Counted from the stretch's first letter, positions 32,712 to 42,456 are shown. The stretch is 64,000 bases of DNA from Abditibacteriaceae bacterium (GCA_965277285.1 OZ255721.1:2880001-2944000); one strand, 5' to 3'. Made by a program: numbers and translations. Notes: generated from the sequence alone by a model not told the origin.

Positions 32712-33185
32712 ATGTTTGATTTTCTACGTTCTAAAAAGTCGTTAAATATCCCACAATATTCCGACGCTAAAGCGTGTGAAGAACTGAAGAGTTGGAAGAA
32801 TAGAAATGTCTTCGTTTTGTTTCTGCTCGAAAATGGTGAGTTTCAGGGCAACAAACAAAATCCGTCAGCAGAAGAATTCATAGCTTGGACGCGAGCTAAC
32901 GCCGAGAAAGTCGCGGCTGAACAGGCGGCACAGCCATATACCTTTCAGACAAATGGTCGAAAGTTCTTCCCCGTCTTCTCTTCAGTGGAAATGGCTCAGG
33001 AGTTTGTGAAAGCAGATCCGGAAAACGTTTGGAAAGGCTTCGGAATGAATGAAATGGTTGGCAGCGACCTCATTCGCTATCTAGCCGACAATTGTTTTTC
33101 AGGCACAGTCGTTGTGTTGAACTCGCGCACTTCATCGGAGCAACGTTTTACTCACGAACAAATTCGTGCAGTTTGTAGCAAATAA
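32712..33185 (+). CDS. Hypothetical protein, SseB-like
   Basis: KFFPVFSS and VVLNS motifs; 12 bp after the AAA stop; lower GC. Confidence 0.65.
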   Translation: MFDFLRSKKSLNIPQYSDAKACEELKSWKNRNVFVLFLLENGEFQGNKQNPSAEEFIAWTRANAEKVAAEQAAQPYTFQTNGRKFFPVFSSVEMAQEFVKADPENVWKGFGMNEMVGSDLIRYLADNCFSGTVVVLNSRTSSEQRFTHEQIRAVCSK

Positions 33186-33280
33186 AATGGACCGTCGAGC
33201 ACTCGATTATAAAACCGCAACACGCAATTCGTTCGTATCATCGTGCACGATGGATCTAATGAGATTAAAGATTTGAAGTG

Positions 33281-33613
33281 TTATCCGAATCCAGGCTCTT
33301 CATCGGGATCGCGTATGTCATCAAATCCTGGAATATCGAACCAGCCTTGAGCGATGTTATGAAGAAAAAGGTTTTTGTCGACCTCAACAGGAAAATGTGG
33401 AATGGCTTCGCCTTGGTAAATTTCACCCAACTGCTCTGGTAGGCGACGTTTTGCCGCATCTTTTAAGGCTTGTTTCTCCGTTTCGGAAAACGTGTTCTCG
33501 ATTTTGTCGAACAACTCCATTAACTTTATGGCGCGTTCCGATGCGAAATTATTATCGTCAGCAAAATAGAGAAACAAATAATAATCGAGAACTGCATCGG
33601 CGAGATTGTGCAT
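33281..33613 (-). CDS. Hypothetical protein (AT-rich ORFan)
   Basis: 110-aa ORF filling the gap before gdh; plausible composition. Confidence 0.5.
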   Translation of the reverse strand: MHNLADAVLDYYLFLYFADDNNFASERAIKLMELFDKIENTFSETEKQALKDAAKRRLPEQLGEIYQGEAIPHFPVEVDKNLFLHNIAQGWFDIPGFDDIRDPDEEPGFG

Positions 33614-33670
33614 GGTTTTACTTTAGCAAACTCGAACTTAACGATTACGCAAAGCGGCAAATTTTCTTTT

Positions 33671-34930
33671 ATGACTACTCAACCCCAATTCAACGCCTGG
33701 CAAATGGCTTTGTCGCAATTCGATCTGGTCGCGGAACGCTTGAAGCTGGATGACGGCATTCGCGCGATTTTGTCGACGCCGCAGCGCACGCTCAGCGTTT
33801 CGATTCCGACGCGCATGGACGATGGCAGCGTGCGCGTTTTTGAAGGTTATCGCGTGCAACATTCGCTGCATCGCGGCCCGGCCAAAGGCGGCATCCGTTT
33901 CAGCCCGCAGGTCAGCTTAGATGAAGTGAAGGCACTGGCGATGTGGATGACGTGGAAATGCGCGATTGTCGATTTGCCGTATGGTGGCGCAAAAGGCGGC
34001 GTTACAGTCGATCCGAAAGCGTTATCGAATACGGAATTGGAGCGTTTGACGCGCCGTTTTACAAGTGAATTGCTGCCGATTATCGGGCCGGAGCGCGACA
34101 TTCCAGCGCCCGATATGGGCACCAACGCGCAAATTATGGCGTGGATGATGGACACCTATTCGTCCAACGTCGGCCACGCGGTGCCTGGCGTCGTGACCGG
34201 AAAACCGCTGTCCATCGGCGGCAGCGCGGGGCGCGAAGAAGCCACAGGTCGCGGCGTGATGATCGTCGCGCGCGAAGCCGCACAACGCATCGGTTTGACA
34301 CTCGCAGGCGCCAGCGTTGTGGTGCAAGGTTTCGGCAATGTCGGGCGGCACGCCGCGAGTTTGTTGGAGCGCGAATGTGGCTGTCGCGTTGTCGCGGTTT
34401 CCGATGCCAACGGCGGCATTTACAACGCGAAGGGTTTGGACATCGCCAGCCTGGAATCGAGTACTCGAATGCACGGCGTTCTGCCGGAAAGCGGAGACTG
34501 GGAGCGAATTTCCAACGAAGAATTGCTGACTTTGCCATGTGACCTTTTAGTTCCCGCCGCGCTGGAAAATCAGATTACAGAAGCGAACGCGAACGCTGTC
34601 CATGCGAAGCTGGTGGTCGAAGGCGCGAACGGGCCGACAACGCCCGAAGCCGATACGATTTTGCGCGACAAAGGCGTTGTCGTGGTGCCCGATGTGTTGG
34701 CGAACGCGGGCGGCGTGACGGTCAGTTATTTTGAATGGGTGCAAGGCCGCGACGAGTATTTCTGGTCGGCGGATGAAGTGAATCAGCGCTTGGAACGCAT
34801 CCTGAAAAACGCGAGTTTGGCGGTCTGGTCAATCGCCGAGCGCGAAAAAGTCGATTTGCGTTTGGCGGCTTATCTCGTCGGCGTCGGTCGCGTGGCGGAC
34901 GCGTTGCGCACGCGCGGCATTTATCCGTGA
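33671..34930 (+). CDS. gdhA: Glu/Leu/Phe/Val (glutamate) dehydrogenase
   Basis: GPAKGGIRF, PYGGAKGG, DIPAPDMGT, EATGRG, QGFGNVG, EGANGP, NAGGVTVSYFEW; likely ATG 33671. Confidence 0.93.
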   Translation: MTTQPQFNAWQMALSQFDLVAERLKLDDGIRAILSTPQRTLSVSIPTRMDDGSVRVFEGYRVQHSLHRGPAKGGIRFSPQVSLDEVKALAMWMTWKCAIVDLPYGGAKGGVTVDPKALSNTELERLTRRFTSELLPIIGPERDIPAPDMGTNAQIMAWMMDTYSSNVGHAVPGVVTGKPLSIGGSAGREEATGRGVMIVAREAAQRIGLTLAGASVVVQGFGNVGRHAASLLERECGCRVVAVSDANGGIYNAKGLDIASLESSTRMHGVLPESGDWERISNEELLTLPCDLLVPAALENQITEANANAVHAKLVVEGANGPTTPEADTILRDKGVVVVPDVLANAGGVTVSYFEWVQGRDEYFWSADEVNQRLERILKNASLAVWSIAEREKVDLRLAAYLVGVGRVADALRTRGIYP

Positions 34931-35011
34931 ATCAAGTACTCGATTGCGGCGTGATGGCGAGTTTGGAGGCAACGTGCAGCTTGACCGAGTGCTGTAAATT
35001 AGAAGTTAATC

Positions 35012-35407
35012 ATGCCAATTGATTATTTTTGCAACCATTGCCGCTTGACGTTCAGCGCGGGAAGTTACCTTTCCATCCTCTCGTTTCAAGAAGTGGCTTG
35101 TGCTGTGTGTCAAGACTGCGGCACATTGCATATAACTCAGCAAAGAGAAGAAGGGCGAATAGTTTTGAAAGCGCAAGTTGGACCGATGACTGTTCCTGTA
35201 GGTTATAGCCCTGACCATGAAGACATCATTGATGTTGTTGGTCTAAGGTTTACTCTTCACAAGCCGTGGGTTGAGGTCGGAAAAGAAATTAAGTGCACTC
35301 ACTGTGGCAGGCACAATAATTTAATAGATGAATGGCCGGACAATAACGATATTTGCCCGCGTTGTAAAAATCACGCTCTACAATCTGTGTGTTCTTGGAT
35401 AACCTGA
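35012..35407 (+). CDS. Small Cys-rich (four CxxC) hypothetical protein
   Basis: CNHC, CQDC, CTHC, CPRC; AT-rich. Confidence 0.7.
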   Translation: MPIDYFCNHCRLTFSAGSYLSILSFQEVACAVCQDCGTLHITQQREEGRIVLKAQVGPMTVPVGYSPDHEDIIDVVGLRFTLHKPWVEVGKEIKCTHCGRHNNLIDEWPDNNDICPRCKNHALQSVCSWIT

Positions 35408-35496
35408 CATTTGCAGCATATTAACAACTGCCAAACAAGGCGATGCGTCCCAACGCTCACACTCTCATTGCCATTCCTCAATCGAGTACTCGATAA

Positions 35497-36075
35497 TTAT
35501 TCCCCTTCATGCCACGCGTGCAAACCTTCTTTGATTCCATAAAACACAATCACCAACGCCGCAACTGGGTCAGCTTGCCACCAGCCGAAAAGCGTGTTCA
35601 AGCCGATGCCAACTAAGACGCAAAATGCCAGTAGCGCATCAATCACGGTGACGCGCGCTTCGGTTTGCAAAACACGGTTGTTCAACTGCGCGCCAGTTCG
35701 CGCTTTGCCCCATGCCAAAGTTAGCATCACGGCGCAGGTGGAAGCGAGCCAGATCAAACCCTGCCGCGAAGGTCGCGCGTGTTGATGCGTCGCCAAACTC
35801 CATGCTGATTGCAGCGCGATGTAAAACGCCAGCGCGAAAAACGCCATGCCGATAATTCTTAAAGCGGTTTTCTCGCGGTTTTGCCCGACGCCTTTCAATT
35901 GCCACACGACGACCAACGAAGCGCCAATTTCAATCAGAGAATCCAAACCGAAACCGGCCAACGCAACCGAATGTGCCGCAAAAGCCGCCCTCATTACAAC
36001 AACTACGCCGACGATATTCCAACTCAACGTCGCATATTCGAGCCACAAACCACGACGCAAAAGGTTGTCGTTCAT
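35497..36075 (-). CDS. Short CDF-like cation transporter
   Basis: LEYATLSWN, SVALAGFGLDSLIE, WWQADPVAAL; ATG 36075. Confidence 0.82.
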   Translation of the reverse strand: MNDNLLRRGLWLEYATLSWNIVGVVVVMRAAFAAHSVALAGFGLDSLIEIGASLVVVWQLKGVGQNREKTALRIIGMAFFALAFYIALQSAWSLATHQHARPSRQGLIWLASTCAVMLTLAWGKARTGAQLNNRVLQTEARVTVIDALLAFCVLVGIGLNTLFGWWQADPVAALVIVFYGIKEGLHAWHEGE

Positions 36076-36104
36076 CGTTTCGAGTACTCGATTCCGCTGA
36101 AATA

Positions 36105-36254
36105 GGACACGGCGGCTTTGCCGACACGGATTGAACGGATGAACACGGATATTTCGGATGTACGGGCGCATTGCAATGCGCCCGTACGATGATGATCAAT
36201 CTTTTTTGATCCGTGCCAACCCGTTCAATCCGTGTCGGCAAAGCCGCCGTGTCC
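36105..36254. repeat. Inverted repeat family D (GGACACGG...CACGGATTGAACGGATGAACACGGAT) enclosing a family B REP (36160-36187)
   Basis: Same outer family at 56907-57199. Confidence 0.85.
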
Positions 36255-36258
36255 CAAG

Positions 36259-36696
36259 TTATTTGATTAGCAACAAGGCGCCGCCGGCGACCATTGCCAC
36301 GCCTAAAACAACTTTCGGCGTCATCGGTTCTTTGAGGAAGATGGCGGCGAAGAGAATCACCAGCACAACGCTGAGTTTGTCAATCGGCGCGACGCGCGAA
36401 GCTGGCCCCAACTTCAGCGCGTGGAAATAGCAGAGCCACGATGCGCCGGTCGCCAAACCCGACAAGACAAGAAACAAAATCGTGCGCGGTTCGAGTACTC
36501 GAAGTTGATTGGCCGTGCCCTGCCAGAACACAATGCCCCACGCGAAAAGCAAAATCACGACTGTGCGAATCGCCGTCGCCAGGTTCGAGTCGACGCCTTT
36601 GATGCCGATTTTGGCCAGAATCGCCGTCAATGCCGCGAAAACGGCGCTGCCCAGTGCGTAAAGTTGCCAGGCTTGCAATTGAAAAAACTTATTCAT
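36259..36696 (-). CDS. EamA/DMT family small transporter
   Basis: FAALTAILAKIG, SNLATAIRT, SWLCYFHAL, VAPIDKLSV; start overlaps the CLC stop. Confidence 0.88.
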   Translation of the reverse strand: MNKFFQLQAWQLYALGSAVFAALTAILAKIGIKGVDSNLATAIRTVVILLFAWGIVFWQGTANQLRVLEPRTILFLVLSGLATGASWLCYFHALKLGPASRVAPIDKLSVVLVILFAAIFLKEPMTPKVVLGVAMVAGGALLLIK

Positions 36697-38101
36697 CGGT
36701 TCCCTTGGGTTTCGCTTTGCCCTTGAAGTGGCGCGTTGTTTTGAGGCGCGTTCGAGTACTTGAAACGCTTTCGCGCAAAGAATGCAGCGAGGCGCCGTCC
36801 GGCAGAACCATGTCGCGCACTTTGGGAACGTGGACGCGCTGTGAGGAATAAATGCCGGAATGTCCGCTGAAAAAATAAGCGACAAAGCACGCAATCGCAA
36901 AATACGGCGCGTTCTGCGAGCCGAACAATTCCAGTCCCATCAAGGTGCAGGCGAGCGGCGTGTTAGCGGCTCCGGCGAAAACCGCGACAAAACCCAGTGC
37001 CGCGAACAAATCAACGGGCGCGTGCATCACAATCGCCAGGATGTTGCCCAACGTCGCGCCGATAAAAAACAAGGGCGTCACTTCGCCGCCTTTGAAACCG
37101 CTGCCCAAAGTCACAGCCGTAAACACCAGCTTCCAAAACCAACTGAGAGCATCCGCGCCGCCCGCGTGAAAGCTGGACGCAATTGTAATCGCGTGAATAT
37201 CGGGCGAATAATCGCCCAGACCGATGTAATCGCGCGTGCGCAAAACCGTGACGAGCGCGATGATAATCAAGCCGCCGATAAACGGTCGCAACATCGGTTC
37301 GTGGACGCGGGTTTTGAAAAAGTGCTGCACGCCGTGCATCGCTTCGGCGAAGAGGACGCTGGTCAGGCCGAAGAGAACCGCAGCAACAGCAACTTTGAGC
37401 GACAAAATCATTTCCGGTCGAGTACTCGAAATCGCGGCGATGTGATACAGCGAATGGTGAATGCCCCAACTCTGGCATGCCCAATCGCCGATCAGAGCCG
37501 CAATTAAACAGGGCACAATCGCGTCATATTCCATGCGCCCGACCGCCAGCACTTCCATGGCGAAAACGGCGCCCGCAATCGGCGTCCCGAAGACGCCGCC
37601 GAAACCTGCCGCAATGCCCGCCATCAACACAATACGCGCGTCGCTTTCATCGAGCTTAAACCAACGTCCCCACGCCGAACGCCCAAACGCCGCCGCCAGA
37701 CTGCCGCCCATCTGCACCGCCGTGCCCTCGCGCCCCGCGCTGCCGCCGAACAAGTGCGTGATGATTGTCGCCACCAAAATCAAGGGCGCCATGCGAAACG
37801 GCACGCCCGCGCTCGGTTGGTGGATTTCGTCGATCAACAGGTTGTTGCCGCCGTTCGCATCGCCGCCGCGCGCCGAATGCCCCAACTTCGTATAGAGAAA
37901 CGTCACGAAACTTCCTGCCAAAGGCAGCGCGAACAGCAAATACCGATAAGCGAGGCGCGCGTCGGTGGCTTTGTCCAAAGCCCACAAAAACAGCGCGCAC
38001 GAGGAACCAATCGCCGCAGCAATCGGCGTCAATAGTAAAATCCAGCGCAAAATGTCGCGCCCCAGATGAAAGTGTTCTCGTGTGTTCCAACGAAATGGCA
38101 T
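36689..38101 (-). CDS. eriC: CLC-family F-/H+ antiporter (CLC-F)
   Basis: CLC-F signature motifs GNNLL, GREGT and GEVTP; likely ATG 38101. Confidence 0.88.
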   Translation of the reverse strand: MPFRWNTREHFHLGRDILRWILLLTPIAAAIGSSCALFLWALDKATDARLAYRYLLFALPLAGSFVTFLYTKLGHSARGGDANGGNNLLIDEIHQPSAGVPFRMAPLILVATIITHLFGGSAGREGTAVQMGGSLAAAFGRSAWGRWFKLDESDARIVLMAGIAAGFGGVFGTPIAGAVFAMEVLAVGRMEYDAIVPCLIAALIGDWACQSWGIHHSLYHIAAISSTRPEMILSLKVAVAAVLFGLTSVLFAEAMHGVQHFFKTRVHEPMLRPFIGGLIIIALVTVLRTRDYIGLGDYSPDIHAITIASSFHAGGADALSWFWKLVFTAVTLGSGFKGGEVTPLFFIGATLGNILAIVMHAPVDLFAALGFVAVFAGAANTPLACTLMGLELFGSQNAPYFAIACFVAYFFSGHSGIYSSQRVHVPKVRDMVLPDGASLHSLRESVSSTRTRLKTTRHFKGKAKPKGTDE

Positions 38102-38128
38102 CGTATTTCCCGTTTCAATCCCGCTTTG

Positions 38129-38158
38129 TTTATAGGCGCGAAAGGCGGCGCGTGTCAA
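38129..38158 (-). promoter_or_regulatory. Sigma70-type promoter for CLC-F
   Basis: TTGACA-18 bp-TATAAA, ~28 bp upstream of the ATG. Confidence 0.6.
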
Positions 38159-38220
38159 CCGAAACAAGGCAAAGGAGAACGGAGGGTGAGATTGTTACAC
38201 AAGCCACTAAGGTTCCTATT

Positions 38221-38291
38221 CAGAATCCCAAGCGTGAGCGCGGGGCTAAAGTAACAGATAAATCAGCCCCGCGCTCACGCTTGGGGTTCTG
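38221..38291. repeat. Inverted repeat family E (GAATCCCAAGCGTGAGCGCGGGGCT...AGCCCCGCGCTCACGCTTGGGGTTC)
   Basis: Single related unit at 40876-40902. Confidence 0.75.
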
Positions 38292-38358
38292 GACGAGCGA
38301 TGAACCGCTTTGTCGGTTGCAGTAAAATGTAAGCGATATTTCAAGGTTGAGGAAAGTG

Positions 38359-38874
38359 ATGGCGACAAAGAGAAAGAACCCGGAACAAGAACCCGAGAAG
38401 AAGCCGAAAAGCAAAGCGGACGGGACGTGGGGACAATATCCTAAAAGCATTTCGCGCATTGAAACCGCGAAGCACAGCGCGTGGTATGTGCGCATTTACT
38501 TTGAGGGCGCGTATGTTCGCAAAACCTTCAGCGACACGGTTTACAACGGCAAGGAAGACGCTTTGCGCGAAGCCCTCTTGTGGCGCGACGAAATGGAAAG
38601 GCACATGGGCAAGCCGCGAACTGAGCGCAGCGTGCGAAAGAAAACCAGCGTTGATGAGCGCGTTGCAGGCATTCGTCGCCGCACGATGAAAGACAAAAAA
38701 CGCGGTCGGTCGTATATCCGCGATGTTTATGAAGTGACCTGGGCGCCCGAACCCGGCAAAGTGTGGCGCACCAAGATTTCCGTCACCAAGCACGGCGAAG
38801 AAGAAGCGTTTCGCATGGCTTTGGCGCTGCGCCGCGAAAAAGAACGCGAATACTACGGCGGCACAATCTCGTAA
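38359..38874 (+). CDS. Basic protein with two AP2-like DNA-binding domains
   Basis: AWYVRI...RKTFSD..Y.GKEDALREALLWRD and YEVTW...TKISVTKHGEEEAFRMALALR; GAGG RBS. Confidence 0.75.
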   Translation: MATKRKNPEQEPEKKPKSKADGTWGQYPKSISRIETAKHSAWYVRIYFEGAYVRKTFSDTVYNGKEDALREALLWRDEMERHMGKPRTERSVRKKTSVDERVAGIRRRTMKDKKRGRSYIRDVYEVTWAPEPGKVWRTKISVTKHGEEEAFRMALALRREKEREYYGGTIS

Positions 38875-38887
38875 TCGAGTACTCGAT

Positions 38888-39409
38888 TCAACGACTTTGA
38901 TAATCTTGGCGCGCCCACTCGTCGTTCTTTGTGTAACGCACGACAACTCGCGTCCCGCCGGAACGTTCATCGTATCCGCACCAAGCCACGCCCCATTCAA
39001 AATCGTACAAAAGAGCTTCGGCCAAAGCCGAGCATTCTTGCGGAACACTGTTTACTCGCTTGGTTTTATGTGGCGCGCCAAACCAATCTTTCACTAGGCG
39101 AATGTGCAACTCCTGCGTTCGTTCCTCCCTCGCATACGAGAAATTACTCCATTTTGCGCCTTCAGGATAAAGGTTGAGCGTCAACTCGAAGCTGACGAGA
39201 ACGTTCTGGTAAAAGCACAGATTCAAAATCAGCGGATGACCTTCGGGTTTTTCGGCTACAAAAGGATGATAAAACCAGGGCGTTCTATGATTGTAAACGC
39301 GCGCCGGATCGTGGAACTTCTGCGCTTCAAATGCGGTTTGCGTCAGGCTCGCATCGAAGATAAAACCATTTTGTAGCGTGACTTCGCCAGTCTGCGGAGC
39401 GATTTTCAT
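38888..39409 (-). CDS. Hypothetical protein
   Basis: AAAGGGAAG before ATG 39409; converges on the AP2 gene. Confidence 0.65.
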   Translation of the reverse strand: MKIAPQTGEVTLQNGFIFDASLTQTAFEAQKFHDPARVYNHRTPWFYHPFVAEKPEGHPLILNLCFYQNVLVSFELTLNLYPEGAKWSNFSYAREERTQELHIRLVKDWFGAPHKTKRVNSVPQECSALAEALLYDFEWGVAWCGYDERSGGTRVVVRYTKNDEWARQDYQSR

Positions 39410-39535
39410 ACTTCCCTTTCTAACATTTTCCCGCACTTCCGCTGTAGGAAGTAGCGTTCGATTTCATCTTAATCTCGTTAATTTGGCCTTCTCTTTGCGA
39501 AAAAAGTGCGCAAATTCGCTGGGAGAAACCGAATA

Positions 39536-40795
39536 ATGAGTACTCGATTGGTTGGGAAAAGTTCGCGCGCCGTATTTGTGGCTGCCGCTATGACGCTTTT
39601 GACGGGAACGACGTTGATGGCAACCGTCGCGCACGCGCAAACCATGCCGCGTGTTTCGTCTGTGACGCCGCGTGATAAAACCGTCGGACACTTGGAGCGC
39701 GTGGCGACTTTTTATGGCGCGATGCCGACTGGCGTCACGGTTTCGCATACGGGACGCATTTTTGTCAATTATCCGCGCTGGGGCGACAAAGTAGTCAACA
39801 GCGTGGAAGAGATTCGCGGTGGGCACGCATTCGCGTTTCCCAATCGTGCCTGGAACAGGTTCGGCAACGATGGCAATCGCGCGATTTTGTCGCAACGGGA
39901 CACGCCCGATGCGCAACGCCAGCGCATGAACGCTCTGGTTGGCGTGCAAAGCGTGGTCGTCGATCCCAAAAATCGTCTGTGGATTTTAGATACTGGCAGC
40001 GTCGCGTTTGGCCCAACGGCGTATGGCGGCCCGAAATTGGTCGGCGTCGATCTGCGTACTAATCGCGTTTTTAAGACGATTTATTTTCCGCAAAACGTCG
40101 CACTGAAAACAACGTATTTGAACGACATTCGCTTTGATCTCAGGCGCGGGCGCGACGGCGTTGCCTTTATCACCGATTCATCGGGAACTGGGCCGAACGC
40201 GATTATCGTGGTCGATTTGGCCAGTGGCGCCAGTTTTCGTCGCTTGAACGATCATCCGACAGTCAAGGCTGAGCCGAAATTTGTGGCGTTCGTCGAAGGT
40301 CAGGCGATTATGCAGCGTCCCAAAGGCCAGAAACCGAAGTTTTTGGGTCTGGGCGCCGATGGAATCGCCATTTCCGACGACGGCAATCGCTTGTATTATT
40401 GTCCGCTGGCCAGCCGTCGCTTGTATTCCGTCAGCATTCCCAGTTTGTTGAACAGCAAAGCCAGCGACGCGGCTGTCGCCAGCACGATTATTAACCACGG
40501 CGACAAGGGAATGTCGGACGGTTTGGAATCGGATGCGCAAGGCCGCATTTATTGCACCAGCCCCGAACAAGAGGCGATTTTGCGTCGCCTGCCAAATGGC
40601 GAGTTCCAAACGTTGGTGCACGATCCGCGCGTTTTGTGGCCGGACACAATGTCGCTGGCGACCAACGGTTATCTGTATTTCACCGCCAATCAGTTGCATC
40701 GCGGCGCGGATTACCATTACGGCAAAGACTTGCGCGTCAAGCCGTATTCGCTGTTTCGCATCAAGGTCGATGCAACGCCGGTTTTGTTGAAGTAA
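39536..40795 (+). CDS. Secreted major royal jelly / yellow-like beta-propeller protein
   Basis: Signal peptide, GRIFVNYPRW, NRLWILDTG, YLNDIRFD, GADGIAIS, WPDTMS. Confidence 0.88.
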   Translation: MSTRLVGKSSRAVFVAAAMTLLTGTTLMATVAHAQTMPRVSSVTPRDKTVGHLERVATFYGAMPTGVTVSHTGRIFVNYPRWGDKVVNSVEEIRGGHAFAFPNRAWNRFGNDGNRAILSQRDTPDAQRQRMNALVGVQSVVVDPKNRLWILDTGSVAFGPTAYGGPKLVGVDLRTNRVFKTIYFPQNVALKTTYLNDIRFDLRRGRDGVAFITDSSGTGPNAIIVVDLASGASFRRLNDHPTVKAEPKFVAFVEGQAIMQRPKGQKPKFLGLGADGIAISDDGNRLYYCPLASRRLYSVSIPSLLNSKASDAAVASTIINHGDKGMSDGLESDAQGRIYCTSPEQEAILRRLPNGEFQTLVHDPRVLWPDTMSLATNGYLYFTANQLHRGADYHYGKDLRVKPYSLFRIKVDATPVLLK

Positions 40796-40809
40796 GTTGT
40801 TGAGAATGG

Positions 40810-40850
40810 AAACGGCGCCTTCGAGTACTCGATACTTGGAGGCGCCGTTC
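40810..40850. terminator. Terminator-like hairpin between convergent genes, with an embedded TCGAGTACTCGA
   Basis: AACGGCGCCT...AGGCGCCGTT stem. Confidence 0.65.
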
Positions 40851-40914
40851 TGGTTTTAACGGTTGAGGCCACAACGAACTCCAAGCGTAAGCGCGGGGTT
40901 CGTTCAACGAAAGC

Positions 40915-42456
40915 TCACCATTTTGGCGTCGGTTTTTTGGGCTTGGTCACTTCCACTTTTTTCTCTGACGTTTTGGGTTCTGGCGCGGTCACCGGCTTTG
41001 GTTCGACAACGGGCGCAACGGCGCCGGACTTTTCTTCTGACACTTTCGGCGGTTCGGCAGTCATCTTTTGATTGGTTTCTCTGGCGTTTTCGACAGGTGC
41101 TTGAACAATTTCTGTTGTTGGTTGCGCTGATGAACTGGGACTTTCAAGCGCCGCGTTTTGCATAGCGGGCGTGAAAGATGTTGAAAGAGGTGGCGCGGGA
41201 GACAAAGGCGCTGTTGTTGCAAGTGTTACGTTGACGGGAAGCGCGTCAGCAGTTGTCGAATTTTGTGGCGCGTTCATCGCTGGTGAAAAGCCGCTTCGAG
41301 TACTCGAAAGGTCAAGTCCTGAACGTCCCAGTTCCAATGCAGGGCGCGGCGAAGACGGGCGCATCGAAGTGCGAAAACGCGGAATGTGTGTCAGGTCGTC
41401 GTCCGTAGTTTCTGTACCGCTTTCCGTGTTCGAACTTGAAGTTTCATCAGCCGCAGATGCGGAATTCAATGTTCCCAAAACGGCGGAATTCAGCAGCGCC
41501 AAATCGTTCAACGCTTGCGGATCGTCTTTTTCGCGGCGCATCAGCCACAGCATGGCAACGATGATGGCAACCAGAAAAATGCTGCCTTCCGCGCCGAAAC
41601 TGCCGCCAGTTGCGTTTCGGTTCGCGCCAAGGGAAACATTGAGCAGATGAAAAGTGGGAATGCCGCTGACAGGCAGCGAAAAAATGCAGCCCAAACAGAA
41701 ATCCCACGCCGCGTGAAAACCAATAGGAAACCACAGCGAGCCGGTTTTGAGATAAGACAGCGCGAAGAAAACGCCGATCAAAGCGATATTCAAAACGCCC
41801 CAGCGCGCATCCCAAAAAGCGTGCGGCCATTGCGCCACGGGAAGCGTTCCGGTCGGCGCGCCGCTGGCGTCCAACTTCGTGATGACGTTGCCCAGATGCA
41901 CCAATCCGAAACCAATCGCCTGCGCCCAAAGCGCCGCGCGCACGCCCATCCACGCCGTCAAATTATGAAAAACGTAGCCGCGAAAAATGATTTCTTCGGT
42001 CACGCCGACGCAACAAAACGCGAGTGCGTAAGCCATTAAGTACAACAAAGAACGAGCGCTGTTCTGCTGCCATTCGGGTGAAAAACCGTGGACGTGAACA
42101 AAGCCGCAGGTCACGAAAATGCCGAACAACAAACTCAACGTCAAAACGCCGCAGGACGCGCCCCACATCAGACCCGAAAAGGCGCCACGCGCTCGCAAGC
42201 CCAGCGAGGCAAAGGTTTGTCGATCAAAGGCGCGGCGACAAAACCACAGCCACAGCAAAGTCGGCGGATAAACCAGAACGACCAGCAAAAGTTGATTGCG
42301 ATTGGCGAAATCGGTCGAATCGGTGAGGGGACGATGCGCAATTTGCGCCGCCACGAGCAACGCCGCGCCAATGACGCTCGCCACTGCGACCTGCGCTACA
42401 ATGGCGCCGACAGTCGCAATCAGCAGGCGCAGCAGCGGATGAAAACGAGAAGACAT
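40915..42456 (-). CDS. CPBP (CAAX/Abi) intramembrane metalloprotease with a long low-complexity C-terminal tail
   Basis: EEIIFRG, FGLVH, HAAWD, FGAEGS; likely ATG 42456. Confidence 0.88.
   Translation of the reverse strand: MSSRFHPLLRLLIATVGAIVAQVAVASVIGAALLVAAQIAHRPLTDSTDFANRNQLLLVVLVYPPTLLWLWFCRRAFDRQTFASLGLRARGAFSGLMWGASCGVLTLSLLFGIFVTCGFVHVHGFSPEWQQNSARSLLYLMAYALAFCCVGVTEEIIFRGYVFHNLTAWMGVRAALWAQAIGFGLVHLGNVITKLDASGAPTGTLPVAQWPHAFWDARWGVLNIALIGVFFALSYLKTGSLWFPIGFHAAWDFCLGCIFSLPVSGIPTFHLLNVSLGANRNATGGSFGAEGSIFLVAIIVAMLWLMRREKDDPQALNDLALLNSAVLGTLNSASAADETSSSNTESGTETTDDDLTHIPRFRTSMRPSSPRPALELGRSGLDLSSTRSGFSPAMNAPQNSTTADALPVNVTLATTAPLSPAPPLSTSFTPAMQNAALESPSSSAQPTTEIVQAPVENARETNQKMTAEPPKVSEEKSGAVAPVVEPKPVTAPEPKTSEKKVEVTKPKKPTPKW

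Noticed and set aside
38102..38340. Fluoride riboswitch upstream of CLC-F
   Set aside because: No GGxxATGxxxTxxCC...AACCGC...TAATGAC-like pattern was recognisable; the region holds a promoter and a family E repeat.
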